In this document: positions 23,536 to 34,886 of the stretch, in pieces
Position numbering within the stretch: the stretch's first letter is position 1
Layout of the letters: each line of letters opens with the position of its first letter
NCBI GenBank assembly: GCA_000004985.1
Contig: GG738877.1
Direction: 5' to 3' (one strand)
Length of the DNA: 64,000 nucleotides
Origin: Naegleria gruberi
Lineage: Eukaryota
Notes under the pieces: generated by a model
Databases searched by the model: none
What the model was told of the DNA's origin: nothing
The model's input: the letters and a program-made list of their open reading frames with translations, nothing else
Program-made: the position numbers and the translations under genes

Positions 23536-23621
23536 CTTTTTCTGTTTATTTTTTATTATTGGAAAATTGCTTTAAATGGTTGGCGCCAAATGTTATTAAA
23601 GAAATTGTAAAATGAAAAAAA

Positions 23622-25627
23622 ATGCCTTCTTCCAACAATCACAAGAATGAACGACCAATTGGCCTTCATGAGTTGTTTCAAAATTTAAATAGGATTGGCA
23701 AACAAAAGGTGAAGGAAAGATTTTTTGGAAGGTTGAAAACACTTTCTATTGATCCGATTGTGTGGGATGGAAACTCTGCAAATAATATCGTAGATGAACA
23801 AATTATGATTGATTGTTCATCATCTCCAACAGGACAACAAGAAGTAATTAATAGTATTGAACCTGGAGAAAAGATTAATGACTCGACGGGAGAAATTCAG
23901 AATGCAAACTCATCATCACTTGTGGAAATATTAACTTCATCATCTGTTCATTCGGAGGAGCCTTTGGAAATTAGTAGTGTGGAAGAAGTTGAAACCATAC
24001 TTGTTCAACCTACACAAATTGAGGATGTAGGACCAATAGATCCAACAATTTTGGCCCAACACAGTCACCAATATCCTCATCAAAGCTCAACTTTTAAAGG
24101 TTTCAAGGCAAGTGAATTTCAAAAAGCGGTTCTCGACCACTGCGATAAAGTTAGAGGAATACTCAAACATAGTACTGGTTTGATAGTTTTAGCCACAGGA
24201 TTAGGTAATTATTCTCAATATTTGATTTAATCCATTGAGTAGGTAAAACTATTCTTGTTATTTTAGATATTGAACGAGAACTCACAAGGTTGAAGGATAC
24301 TAACGACTTTAAATCCTTTAAATTACTATTTCTTGTACACTCAAAGGTAATTAGAGATGGCACCTACCAAAAATTCAAAACTCAATTTTGTACGGATTTA
24401 GAAAGTGAATGGGATTTTACTGACTCTGATTTTCTAAATATCACAGAGAATGAGACACAAAAGACTATTGATTCAAAGATGAAAAGGGCAAAATTTATAT
24501 TTTGTTTATTTCAATCATTCGATAAGATTTCATCAATCAAATGTACCCATTGTGTAATTGATGAGGTACACCACGTTGTTGCCCAAACATATAATAAGGT
24601 CTTTACACAACTATCCAATTTACCATCTAATCGTTATATGCTAGGGTAAGTATGGAAATTATCCTTTTAATTAATCCAGCCATCTAGCATGACTGCAACT
24701 CTCATTCACAGAGATGATCCAACTGGTGAGAATTTGAAAAAATTATTTAAGGATATTGTCTATGTTGATTTGCCTTGGAGATTAGCTAATAATCTTGGAT
24801 TTTTCCCACCAGTCGAATATCTAGAATATTTGCCATCAACAATCAACTCGTCTTTGGACATTTTAACTTACCAACAAATATTTAAAGAAGCTTTTGATAT
24901 TTACAACAATCCAAAGAGACAACTTCCAAACTTTATTAACAAACTTGAGAAATCCCTCATTCAATTAGGAATGAACACTGACGAGCAAGTGAAGAAAAAA
25001 CTGACACCAGAAAGTGTAACCAACGTTCTCTTTCAATTCTTGCAGGAACAAGTGAATGCAGGACTTGCCGCCAAGAAAAAAATCATAATTGTACGTAATA
25101 TCTCATGTATTTCCAAACTAGAACCCTGTTAGTTCGCTAATAGTTGTGAAAATGCAGACCAAATAGAAGGTCTCATCAACAAGAAATCCAAAACATCTGT
25201 CCTTGCGTTAAAATGCTCATCTGTACATTATAAGAAAGGTACTAAACAAACTAAGCAGATACTTGAGGATTTTGAAACAGGAAAGTTGAATGTTTTAGTG
25301 AATGTAATGATGGTTAGTGAAGGTTATGACGTAAAAGACGTGGATTGTTTGGTTTTGGCAAGACAAACCGAATCTGAAATTGTTTTCTTACAACAACTAG
25401 GAAGAGCACTCAGAAGAAGTACAAACAAGACTGTAATTGTTATTGACCTAGCATTGAATCTTAGAAAAAGATGGAAACGACTCTTTAATGATGAATTCCA
25501 AAATGAAGAGGAGCTTAAAAGGATGATCACCGAGTTTTGGCAAGGTATGTATGATTCTGATGTCATCTCTAACCAATTAAATTCAGTCGAAAACTTTATT
25601 GGAAATCCAAGCTCCCTTATACAATAG
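23622..25627 (+). CDS. SF2 DEVH-box helicase, XPB/ResIII-like. Four exons: 23622..24204, 24243..24645, 24688..25090, 25133..25627 (about 628 aa).
   Basis: Splicing was chosen to restore helicase motifs. Motif I ATGLG|KT spans a 38-nt intron, with GKT encoded by ggtaaaact just after the acceptor. Motif II is DEVHH. Motif III LG|GMTATLIHRDD spans a 42-nt GTAAGT intron. Motif IV KKIII|FANS spans a 42-nt GTACGT intron that removes the in-frame TAG. Motifs V-VI are MVSEGYDV...QQLGRALRR. Confidence 0.75.
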
Positions 25628-25843
25628 AAGAATTGACTGTTAATGGCTCGTGAATTGTAAACATCACTAATGGCACTATGTAGGTACTCATTCCGTTTCT
25701 GTGGAAGGTTACACAACGATGGCAATTTTGTCTGCGATGTATGACGTTTAGTGACAAAGTGGAACGAGTCTATGTGCAAGAATTTCGCTGCATGTAGTTA
25801 GTAAGGCAATGACATTCACAAGACTAAATACACAGAAGAAAAA

Positions 25844-28800
25844 ATGTCTCGCAATAATGTCCACAATGGATCCACTGGTTGGACTCGTCGAGTAACCAAT
25901 CATCCAATGGACCACTCTTCCTCTTCTTCATCGTATAGTAATGGATCACCTGATCAACAACAGCAACAACAAGGAACACTTCCTCCTCCCCTACCACCAA
26001 GACGAGCAACCACAATTTCAACAAGACAGCAAGGGATTGAAATATCGAACGGAAATTCATCAACAAATAATACTTTAGTTTCTCAATTTGGTAATAGAAG
26101 TGATTTTTCTAGTAACATTCTTACAAGAAACAAATACGAACCCCATTCATCAACCGAGAGTAACAACAATCAATCTGCCTTTAATAATGAGAGTTATCAA
26201 AGTTATGCAGGTGTTGATGATCTAAATAGTACTTCTTTCAATAGATTTGAAACAAATCATCCATCTAACCAAACAAATGCTCCACCTAGCATTCCACAAA
26301 GGAAACCCAAATACCATTCACCCTCTCTGCTCAACAAATCTCCTCCTCCACCAATACCTCAAAAATCTATTAACCACATCCAACATGATTCTCCTTCAAA
26401 CAGCTCACCAACCTCTCCAAAATTCCTCAATAGAAATCCTCCCCCACCAATTCCAGGATCCCTCAAAGGGATAGACACTGACATTCGTTTAAAGGATGAT
26501 GAACAAAAGGAGGAGGTATTACCCAAACGTCAAGATATTGTGTCCTCTTCCATCAACATCAACTTTTCGGGTGATAGCACTGATGAGAACCATACGAAAC
26601 CAAAGAAAAATCGACCACCATCCATTCCATCATACTCTAGAGGATTTAATTCTGGTGCTGCTAATAGTAATTATTCTTCTATTGATCAAAGTTTGACTGG
26701 TAATAGTGCTGTTACAACAACTCCACCACCTTTGCCAATCAGAAAGATTGTTAACGATAAGAAACTTCTCGACTCACCAAACAGTGTAAATAGTGTTGGA
26801 AGTAATAGTAGTAGTTGCAGCTCATCTCTCAGTGATTCGTGCAACATTCTCAGTTATTTACATTCCAAACAGGGAGGAAATTTGAATATGGATTACCTAG
26901 ATACAGGCGACGAAGGTTCTCTGATGCAAGATGTGGAGTCAGAAGGAAATGATGAGTTTAGTTTTCCAAGCAATTCATATGAGGCAGAAAACGATCTGTC
27001 ATCACCTGGAAATGGTCAATCAGCCAAACCAATCGATTTTTCAGTAGACGAGGCACTCTTCAGACGAGTCAACTCAAAAGTGAAAACACTCTCTTTAAAT
27101 GGCATTTCTCGTTCTTCTTCATTGACTAGAAAAACATCTAGAACCCTTCACTACTCTTCACAAAACAAATCACACAACACCTCCTTTGTTGAATATCAAC
27201 AACAACATAATCACTCACCAACTGCTGCTTACACCTCTTCCGATCAATTTGGAAGTAGTAGTAATTCAACCAGCACAACAATTTTACCATCCGAAAGAAT
27301 TGAACAAGCAATGGAAATTGAAACGAAAAACAAACCTTGGTCACAAACAGATAAGACCTTGTCAGCTGAGGAAGAAGAATTATTGGCAAATTCAAGAGTT
27401 TCTCAACCTCATCTTCTTCAAGCCTACAAAGTTTTTAACACACCATTCCATATTATGAAACGAGTACCTGTAAAATATATGCGAGCACCTTTCCAGCCTA
27501 CTTTTGATGAAAACGATGGAATTGACCATAGTCATAATTATTGTGATAATTCAGAATCTTCTGTTTCTTCAGCACCAAAACAATCTTCTTCCGACTCCAG
27601 TGATGATGAATCGTCAACTAATACTGAAGAAGAAAGTATTACCACACCAAGAAATAGAAAGAGTTACTTTTTGAAATTGTCAGAAATTGATAAAATTTCT
27701 CTTGGTCAAACAGAAGATTCAGACCATCACACTATTCAGCAATCTCCTAGAAATAGTGTAACACCTAGAGCATCAATAAGAAGTAAAACAATTATTGGTA
27801 TGATAGGAGGAAACACGGAAAAGAAGGCAGTTGACGGTTTTGATGAAATTCAAGTTTTGGAAGCAAAGAAAAGTCTTGTCGAATTTGCCAAATATTCTGC
27901 TGGTAAAAAGAAGACTGACATTATTGAAAATATTGAACCAAAGAATGGAACTGTAATGGTAGTTAAAAACCCAGGATTAGATGCTGTGACAGAGACCATT
28001 ACTTCAAAAACACGTTTGATGAGTTGTTTAAAACCTGATTACATGTTCAAACCTTTGGAAGCTTCAATGTGCCAAAGAGTTTCTGATTTAGCTTATCCAG
28101 TTAAAAGAAAGACCAAATTCTTCCTTCAATGTACAAGTTTAAGATTTGAAAATATTCAAATGAAAGATAGAGAATTATTATTCTCATCAGTTGCCTTATA
28201 CGATATTCAATATGGTAGAAAATTATCAGAAGACTACCATTTCCATTTATTGCCTAATCAACAATTAAGCGATCTTCCACCTCTATTCAGAGATGAACTC
28301 AAAATTTATGAAGATGCAAGAGATATTTATTCTTCAATAATAGTTTCTCCAAAAAAGTTATTCACTGTTAGTTATCCAAATGACGAGGTCTATCTCGTAG
28401 CAACAATCTATAGAATTCCTACATCATCTATCCATGAGGCTGTTAAAATGTATTCTAAAGAAAATAAGAATATTGATAAGTGGTCTGATCAATACAATCA
28501 ACTTAAGGCCAAGCTAATTAGATTCAGACAGCCATTTTTATTTGGATTTACATCTTTATTTGTTAAGGAAATGATCAATGTTAAAGGGAAACAGGTTGAA
28601 TCTTTCAAATTGGAAGGTTCAAGATATGACATCAAACCATTCTATGAAGTTGATGGCGATTTTAAAAATCCAGTAGATTTTGTGACAATTATTAGAAACT
28701 CAATCAAGGATAAGAAAATTAAGAATAATCAAGTTCAAGGATCTATGCTGTTCACTGCTGAACTTCTTTCAAATTCTAGTTCTCAAAGTAATTATGAAAT

Positions 28801-31800
28801 TCAGCAAAAAATCCAAAATTCTAAATCAAGATTCTTAACAAGTCAAGGATCGAGATCTGATTTGGATTCCTCATTTGGGTCCCCAAGCTCAAGCTCTATT
28901 CTCGGATCAAGTACAGCATTCAGCTCACCAAGATCTGTTAATGAAAGTATAATATCTAGTTATGAGCATGATGGAACTGAGAGCCTTGTAAATCAAGAAC
29001 AACTCAATCAAGTTCAAGAATTTCCACTCCTCTCCTCTAACTATCCTAATCTATCCATGCAAAATACTTTGTTTATTTATCCTCAAAGTTTTATTATTGA
29101 AGGTGCATCCTCAGCAAAGAACATTTTTGCTGAAGTTTATTTTAGAGAAACAGACACAGCTCCTCCTAAAGTTGAAGATATTGATGGAAAAGCTGAAAAA
29201 AGATTTATTGCTTGGTTAAAGAAGGAGAGAACAACTTCTTTAATAACTTCCCTTTCGGTCGATTCGAGACAGCAAATATTATTGGATGAATTTAGATTGG
29301 AACTTCCAATGTATCCTATGGAAAAGCACCATTTATTATTTGTCTTTTACCATGTTGATATTGACAATAAGCATTCAAAGAAATTGGAATATGCAAATAG
29401 TTCCTTCGATTCAAGAAAAGAATTCTTTTCAACATCTGATAGAGCTATTATTGGATATGCTTTCCTCCCACTCACTAAGAGTATTCAACCAGATGAATGT
29501 GAGTACACTTTGAAACACAACCTTATCTACTTGCCTGATTGTAATGATGATATTACAATCTACAAGAAGGACTCTTTTAAGAGTAATTATTTGTCTGAGA
29601 ATAGTCTCAAACCTCTAAAGAGTTCAAAAATCAAAGTTAAAACCAATTTAGTATCGACTATACACCCTAGAGATCCAACTCTTGCATTATTTTATGCTTC
29701 TCTGACTGATCTCTACACAGCCGCTCCTGGTAAAACAATTGAAATATTGGATTTCTTGGAAGGTTTTGTTCTTCAAAAGTTTAACGAAATTGAATTCTCA
29801 GAGTTGTTACCTCACTTCCCAATTTTAATGAACCTACTTTTTGAATTGATGTGCAGAGTTTCTGAACTTACAACTGATGAACAACAAATTGAAAGCTTGG
29901 AAAGCTCTGTCTTTGAATCATTACTTGTTTGCCTAAGAGGATCCTACCACTTTACCAAACATCACACAAGAAGTAACAAGTATTTTACTAGTTATGTTAA
30001 ATTCATGTTTGAAAACATCAAGGGTAATCCACTTTTCTTGAATTTACCAAGAATAATAACAAGATTTATTTATGTTCCAGAAGGCAAGGAACTTGAGCCA
30101 GCAGAAGAAGGCAAATATATTAAGGAAATGAACAGGCTCAGTAAAAAGTATGGCAAGTCAGTCATAAAGAAAACTACCAGTTTGGAAAAGGATAAAAAGG
30201 AATACGAAAAGAAAAAGAATGAAGTATCTCCTCATGATCCTATCAGATTTTCTTGGTTCCTTTTCGATATTACTATCAAGAGTATAATTCTTTCAGGAGT
30301 GCCTAGCTCAGAAGATCACCACACTATGGATTACTTTACAGAAGTACCTGAAGACCTATTCTTCATATCATTGAAACAATTAATTGACAACTTTAATACA
30401 TGTGTCAACAAGTTAATGTTGAGTGATGGTACTGGAAGAAATAACATTGGGTTGAATGGTAATAGAAACTTGGCATTGTTCATTAGAGATTTGATCCCTA
30501 TTCTCAAAAGAGAACATGTGCTCAAACTGGTAAAGAAATACTTTAAATTCTTTAATGGATCGGATGAGAAACAACTTCGTTTGAAGAGTGAATTCATTAC
30601 TATCCTCAGTGACTATGAGCATTGGATTCCTATCAACAATTTATCATTGGAAGGAGGAAACTTTGGTGTCAAACATTTCAGCACGTTATTCTATCAAATT
30701 GTGGACAGTAAGAAGGATAGATTAATTAAGAAGATGACAAAGGTCTTACTCAACCACCTTTGTAAACTTGATTTTGACTCTAGATATGTTCATGAAAACT
30801 CAAAAGCCAATGTTTGTGAAATTTATCTCATCTTTGTTGATTTGTTCTTTGAAAAAGATGAGTACCTCACAATTTTCCAAGATGATGAGCTGTTTGTTGT
30901 ATTTTCATGCATTTTGTTGTGGATAATGAGAGGCTTATCAAAGCAAAGGTTAATTTCTTGGTTCAAGGTTCTACCATTCTTCAAGATTTTGAATATTTTG
31001 AACTTTTTGGACTATGTAACTATTGCTATTAACAATCTCGATTATGATCCAAAATCTAGAGTTGAAGATGATAGATCTCTTCGTACCGAAGTTTCCCTTG
31101 TTATTAATTACTTGATTTCTGTAATTGTATCAAATGTCACCTCAGACGGAGGATTTATTGATGAGCTGCAAATGCAAAGCGACAATATTGATCTTCTCTC
31201 TAATATCCAACTTGCTGATCCAAGTTTACTGAGACAAAGACAACTTGTATCCTACTATGAGGCAAAAAGCTTAAAGCAACAAGCTCCTCTTATTGGTCTA
31301 TTCTTTAGACAGATTTGTAGAGTTTTGATGAACAGTGTTCTTCAATTAACCTTGAGAAAGGAATTAGACTTGGTATATATTGTATTTAGAGAATCACTTT
31401 TACCTCTTATCAAAGAATGTACCAGTAAACTTGTGGTAAATGAGCTCTATGATCCAAACATTCCAAAGAAACAGAGAATTCCTATTGCTGAAAAGAGACA
31501 AGTCGAACAAAAGTGGAGATGGTTATTGGGTGCTGTTATGCTTCACTCAGGATTTACATCTGAAGAAGAGCAAAATGCTTATCCAATTGTCAAAGAATGT
31601 CAAAAACTTTTATTAGAACCTTTCAATAATGAACTGTTCAATGTGCAATTAGATAGTACCGATATTGAGGATGGTGATTTGCTATTGAACAATGAAGAGC
31701 ACAATATCAAAGCAGGTACATTCAAAAAACTTGTCGAAAGATTGCTTGACGTGGATACAAATCAAATTGACAAGGAGAGTCACAAGTATGGAGAAATCTT

Positions 31801-32983
31801 CCTCCTCACTTGCGCCTCTTTCACTCAACCAATTAATTTACTCACCCAACTTATTGAAATATTTAAAACAGCCGAAGAAACAGTCATCAAGCTCAGAGTT
31901 GAACAATTTATCAGCAAGTGGGTTAGATTCGGATTCCATGATTTTGACAATAATGTTATTGCCAAGCTTGTTACATTCCTTTCCAATATTTCTGGAGTTA
32001 CTCAAAAGAAGATTAAGAAATACATTATCAAACACTTCTTGAATGTCAAGATGGATATTTACACAGATGTTACAGCAGTACCACCAAATCCTCACATTCC
32101 AAAGAATATTCCAAAAGAAAAATTGGAAGAACCCCAAATGGATATCAGAAAGTGGAAGGAGGCCAAAAAGTTTACCAAACAATTAGATAATCCATTTGAT
32201 GTCAAGTTTGAACTTTTGGATTGGCCAAGTTTAGAAATTGCTAGACAATTGACAATCATTGAGGCAAAACTCTTCAAAAAGATTGAACCAAAAGAATTTT
32301 TCGGCTCAGCTTGGACTGACAAAGAGTACAAGCAAGAACTTGCACCAACACTGTGTGCAATAACTGAGAGAACTAACAATGTTAGTTTCTGGGTTAGAAA
32401 CAAGATACTTTTGGAGCCAAATTTGGAAATTAGAAAGAAAATTATGAAGAAATTTGTGGACATCCTTAGAGAGTTGAAAGAACTTCGAAACTATACCTCA
32501 ATCATTCAAATCACATCTGCATTTAATTCTGCCGAGATTCACAGACTGAAAAAGACAAAAGAAGGACTCAGCAAGCAAGATTTGGAACTTGTTGAAGAAT
32601 GCAGTAATTTGGTGAACAATAATTCCAAGGCATTGAGAGAACAATTGGAACGAGAAGTTATCATTAATGGTGCCCCAGCAGTTCCTGTTGTAGCAATCTA
32701 CTTTACTGATTTGGTATTTATTGAAGATGGTAATTTAGATTATTTTGAGCACAAATTGAACAAGAACAAGAAGCTAATCAACTTCCAAAAGAGAAGACTC
32801 TACTATAATACTGTCAATACTATCAAGACTCTTCAAACCAAATCCAAATACATTCTACAACCTCTTCCTTATCTTCACTATGTACTCAAGGAAGAAATTG
32901 TGCAAAATATCAAGACAGATGAGAAGGCCCTCTTTGATTTATCTCTCAAAGTTGAACCAAGAGCTCCAGCTACTAACAAATAA
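25844..32983 (+). CDS. Ras guanine-nucleotide exchange factor (RasGEF N-terminal domain plus CDC25-homology domain), 2379 aa, single exon.
   Basis: The C-terminus has a RasGEF_N-like block (TFKKLVERLLD...) and a CDC25 catalytic domain (LLDWPSLEIARQLTIIEAKLFKKIEPKEF..., ITSAFNSAEIHRLKKT, VPVVAIYFTDLVFIEDGN). The N-terminal 900 aa are S/N/P-rich with repeated PPPxP motifs. Confidence 0.85.
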   Translation: MSRNNVHNGSTGWTRRVTNHPMDHSSSSSSYSNGSPDQQQQQQGTLPPPLPPRRATTISTRQQGIEISNGNSSTNNTLVSQFGNRSDFSSNILTRNKYEPHSSTESNNNQSAFNNESYQSYAGVDDLNSTSFNRFETNHPSNQTNAPPSIPQRKPKYHSPSLLNKSPPPPIPQKSINHIQHDSPSNSSPTSPKFLNRNPPPPIPGSLKGIDTDIRLKDDEQKEEVLPKRQDIVSSSININFSGDSTDENHTKPKKNRPPSIPSYSRGFNSGAANSNYSSIDQSLTGNSAVTTTPPPLPIRKIVNDKKLLDSPNSVNSVGSNSSSCSSSLSDSCNILSYLHSKQGGNLNMDYLDTGDEGSLMQDVESEGNDEFSFPSNSYEAENDLSSPGNGQSAKPIDFSVDEALFRRVNSKVKTLSLNGISRSSSLTRKTSRTLHYSSQNKSHNTSFVEYQQQHNHSPTAAYTSSDQFGSSSNSTSTTILPSERIEQAMEIETKNKPWSQTDKTLSAEEEELLANSRVSQPHLLQAYKVFNTPFHIMKRVPVKYMRAPFQPTFDENDGIDHSHNYCDNSESSVSSAPKQSSSDSSDDESSTNTEEESITTPRNRKSYFLKLSEIDKISLGQTEDSDHHTIQQSPRNSVTPRASIRSKTIIGMIGGNTEKKAVDGFDEIQVLEAKKSLVEFAKYSAGKKKTDIIENIEPKNGTVMVVKNPGLDAVTETITSKTRLMSCLKPDYMFKPLEASMCQRVSDLAYPVKRKTKFFLQCTSLRFENIQMKDRELLFSSVALYDIQYGRKLSEDYHFHLLPNQQLSDLPPLFRDELKIYEDARDIYSSIIVSPKKLFTVSYPNDEVYLVATIYRIPTSSIHEAVKMYSKENKNIDKWSDQYNQLKAKLIRFRQPFLFGFTSLFVKEMINVKGKQVESFKLEGSRYDIKPFYEVDGDFKNPVDFVTIIRNSIKDKKIKNNQVQGSMLFTAELLSNSSSQSNYEIQQKIQNSKSRFLTSQGSRSDLDSSFGSPSSSSILGSSTAFSSPRSVNESIISSYEHDGTESLVNQEQLNQVQEFPLLSSNYPNLSMQNTLFIYPQSFIIEGASSAKNIFAEVYFRETDTAPPKVEDIDGKAEKRFIAWLKKERTTSLITSLSVDSRQQILLDEFRLELPMYPMEKHHLLFVFYHVDIDNKHSKKLEYANSSFDSRKEFFSTSDRAIIGYAFLPLTKSIQPDECEYTLKHNLIYLPDCNDDITIYKKDSFKSNYLSENSLKPLKSSKIKVKTNLVSTIHPRDPTLALFYASLTDLYTAAPGKTIEILDFLEGFVLQKFNEIEFSELLPHFPILMNLLFELMCRVSELTTDEQQIESLESSVFESLLVCLRGSYHFTKHHTRSNKYFTSYVKFMFENIKGNPLFLNLPRIITRFIYVPEGKELEPAEEGKYIKEMNRLSKKYGKSVIKKTTSLEKDKKEYEKKKNEVSPHDPIRFSWFLFDITIKSIILSGVPSSEDHHTMDYFTEVPEDLFFISLKQLIDNFNTCVNKLMLSDGTGRNNIGLNGNRNLALFIRDLIPILKREHVLKLVKKYFKFFNGSDEKQLRLKSEFITILSDYEHWIPINNLSLEGGNFGVKHFSTLFYQIVDSKKDRLIKKMTKVLLNHLCKLDFDSRYVHENSKANVCEIYLIFVDLFFEKDEYLTIFQDDELFVVFSCILLWIMRGLSKQRLISWFKVLPFFKILNILNFLDYVTIAINNLDYDPKSRVEDDRSLRTEVSLVINYLISVIVSNVTSDGGFIDELQMQSDNIDLLSNIQLADPSLLRQRQLVSYYEAKSLKQQAPLIGLFFRQICRVLMNSVLQLTLRKELDLVYIVFRESLLPLIKECTSKLVVNELYDPNIPKKQRIPIAEKRQVEQKWRWLLGAVMLHSGFTSEEEQNAYPIVKECQKLLLEPFNNELFNVQLDSTDIEDGDLLLNNEEHNIKAGTFKKLVERLLDVDTNQIDKESHKYGEIFLLTCASFTQPINLLTQLIEIFKTAEETVIKLRVEQFISKWVRFGFHDFDNNVIAKLVTFLSNISGVTQKKIKKYIIKHFLNVKMDIYTDVTAVPPNPHIPKNIPKEKLEEPQMDIRKWKEAKKFTKQLDNPFDVKFELLDWPSLEIARQLTIIEAKLFKKIEPKEFFGSAWTDKEYKQELAPTLCAITERTNNVSFWVRNKILLEPNLEIRKKIMKKFVDILRELKELRNYTSIIQITSAFNSAEIHRLKKTKEGLSKQDLELVEECSNLVNNNSKALREQLEREVIINGAPAVPVVAIYFTDLVFIEDGNLDYFEHKLNKNKKLINFQKRRLYYNTVNTIKTLQTKSKYILQPLPYLHYVLKEEIVQNIKTDEKALFDLSLKVEPRAPATNK

Positions 32984-33198
32984 ACATTTATTTATGGTTA
33001 CTGTTGGTTTCAAATTTGGAATCTTTGATGCCTTATTTTTGGGTTGAATTGTGCAGTTCACACACTTTTCGCTCTTTCCTCACTCGTAATAAGTTCTGTT
33101 TTTTCAAGTGGAGTTCGTTGATTCGTTGGTTGCATAAGCAATGCAATTGTATCATTATTCTATTTGATGCACATCACAAGCAACGAGTAGATAACTCC

Positions 33199-33672
33199 TC
33201 AGCAAACCTCTGATGGACTAAGGTAATTCTCATCATCACCATCCATGAAGTAACTATTCGATAATCTCTTATGTGAGGCAAATTGAATGAAAATTGTTGG
33301 AATTGATTTGTTGTGAATAACTGCTCCTTTTTTGATTATTTTACAACCATCATAAGGCTTAGATGATGATTTTGCTGATGAGCCTTCTGATGATGCCGAA
33401 GGATCCACATGGTTATCTATTATACACACCGAGTCAGAACTTTCAGATGAAACTATCGATTCGATGCAGTGTGCCTCATAATGATCGATCTTATTTTCTT
33501 GAGCACATGTGCTTGGGATGGTTTCAACAATTGTAGACTCACCTCTCGAGATTTTCCTTGTTATTCCAGAATGATGTTGCTCCTCTTCTTTTGTCTCACT
33601 AGTTTGTTGTTCTGGACAACATGCCATTATTTGATTCTCGTTCAATGGTTCCATACTCATGCATACTCCCAT
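33199..33672 (-). CDS. Hypothetical small acidic protein (157 aa) with an N-terminal MGxC dual-acylation-like motif.
   Basis: ORF begins MGVCMSMEP (Gly2, Cys4) after an A run, then is S/E-rich. Confidence 0.45.
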   Translation of the reverse strand: MGVCMSMEPLNENQIMACCPEQQTSETKEEEQHHSGITRKISRGESTIVETIPSTCAQENKIDHYEAHCIESIVSSESSDSVCIIDNHVDPSASSEGSSAKSSSKPYDGCKIIKKGAVIHNKSIPTIFIQFASHKRLSNSYFMDGDDENYLSPSEVC

Positions 33673-34886
33673 TTTTTTTCTCTATTTTTTTTATGTTGCG
33701 AGTTTGGATCTGTGAATTGAGTAAAATAATAGTTCTTGATCCTCAAGAAACAGTATTGTTCACCATTTGTGACAAAAAAACACAACATACCAAAAACTGA
33801 CCAAAGATGCGAAAAGAAATTTTCATCTCGTATTCCTAAGTGGATTAAGGAGAGGTAATATTATTGTATGTATTTCACTATAACATGCCACCAGTATTAA
33901 ACAGCAACGTAATTTGAAATGTCAAGTAAAACCATAACTGATTCTTGCTCTTCCTATCCTTTCCCTCTTTTTCGGGCGAAATATCATTGGAGGAAGTAGT
34001 ATATCAAATTAAATTAAGAATCCCTTAATGAGGAAGGTATCATTTCTATCATCCATAAGAATCTTTAAGGAAAATAAAAGAGGATCGTTTTTCACAACTA
34101 CCACAAGCAGCTGAAGTTTATCATCTATTCACGCCTTATCCTTTTTAAAACCAACCTAGGTTCACTGTACATGATCCGTTCCAATTCAATTTTGCTGTTT
34201 TATTTAAAACAGAATTCAGCAAAAAATCAAGAAGCACTGCTAGAACGTGGTGCTTATCCTCAAAAGGCAAAGCAATAAAAAAAATCTTGTTACTATGTCT
34301 CTCGTACTGGTTTTGACTTCCTTCTTCACATATTTCCTTCTTAGGGCTGGTTTTTCAAAGATCTATTTAAGAGAAATCCATTGTAGTGTCTTGTCAACTT
34401 ACCAATCGCCTCCATATTAAGCCCTTTTTATGCCCTTAATGAAAACTCAAAGGTCCCAAAATGTCTTTTTGCTCGGCTTAATATAATTTGAACGAACCCA
34501 TTGTTTTTACTGCTCATACTTTTATGTACCTTACCGTGTCAGAATTAAGAAATAAAATGGAAATAACGAATCAACGAATTAACATTGATTTTTCTTAGGG
34601 CACACAAACCTATTCAGCTCTTAAAAAAAGAAGAGAATAATCTCGCTTCCCATATTTCCTTCTCCTTCTTATTTCCTTAAACCTTGTAAAACACAATTTT
34701 CAAAGCGAATTGTGTTTCTAACATTAGGAAGGTACTGAAATAAGAAAAATTAACTCTATTTTATCCACCTCACTATTAGACTCTCTCTCTTCTCTATAAC
34801 CAAAAATTCTTCATCAAGCACAAACTTGTTGCGAGAACACAAAAAAAGAACCAAAAGAAAAACAGCTCTAATGCTACACTGTGCGT

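Noticed and set aside
26247-32463. Numerous 60-123-aa ORFs within the RasGEF gene on both strands
   Set aside because: They are embedded in a continuous 7.1-kb ORF with recognisable domains and are typical noise in AT-rich coding sequence.
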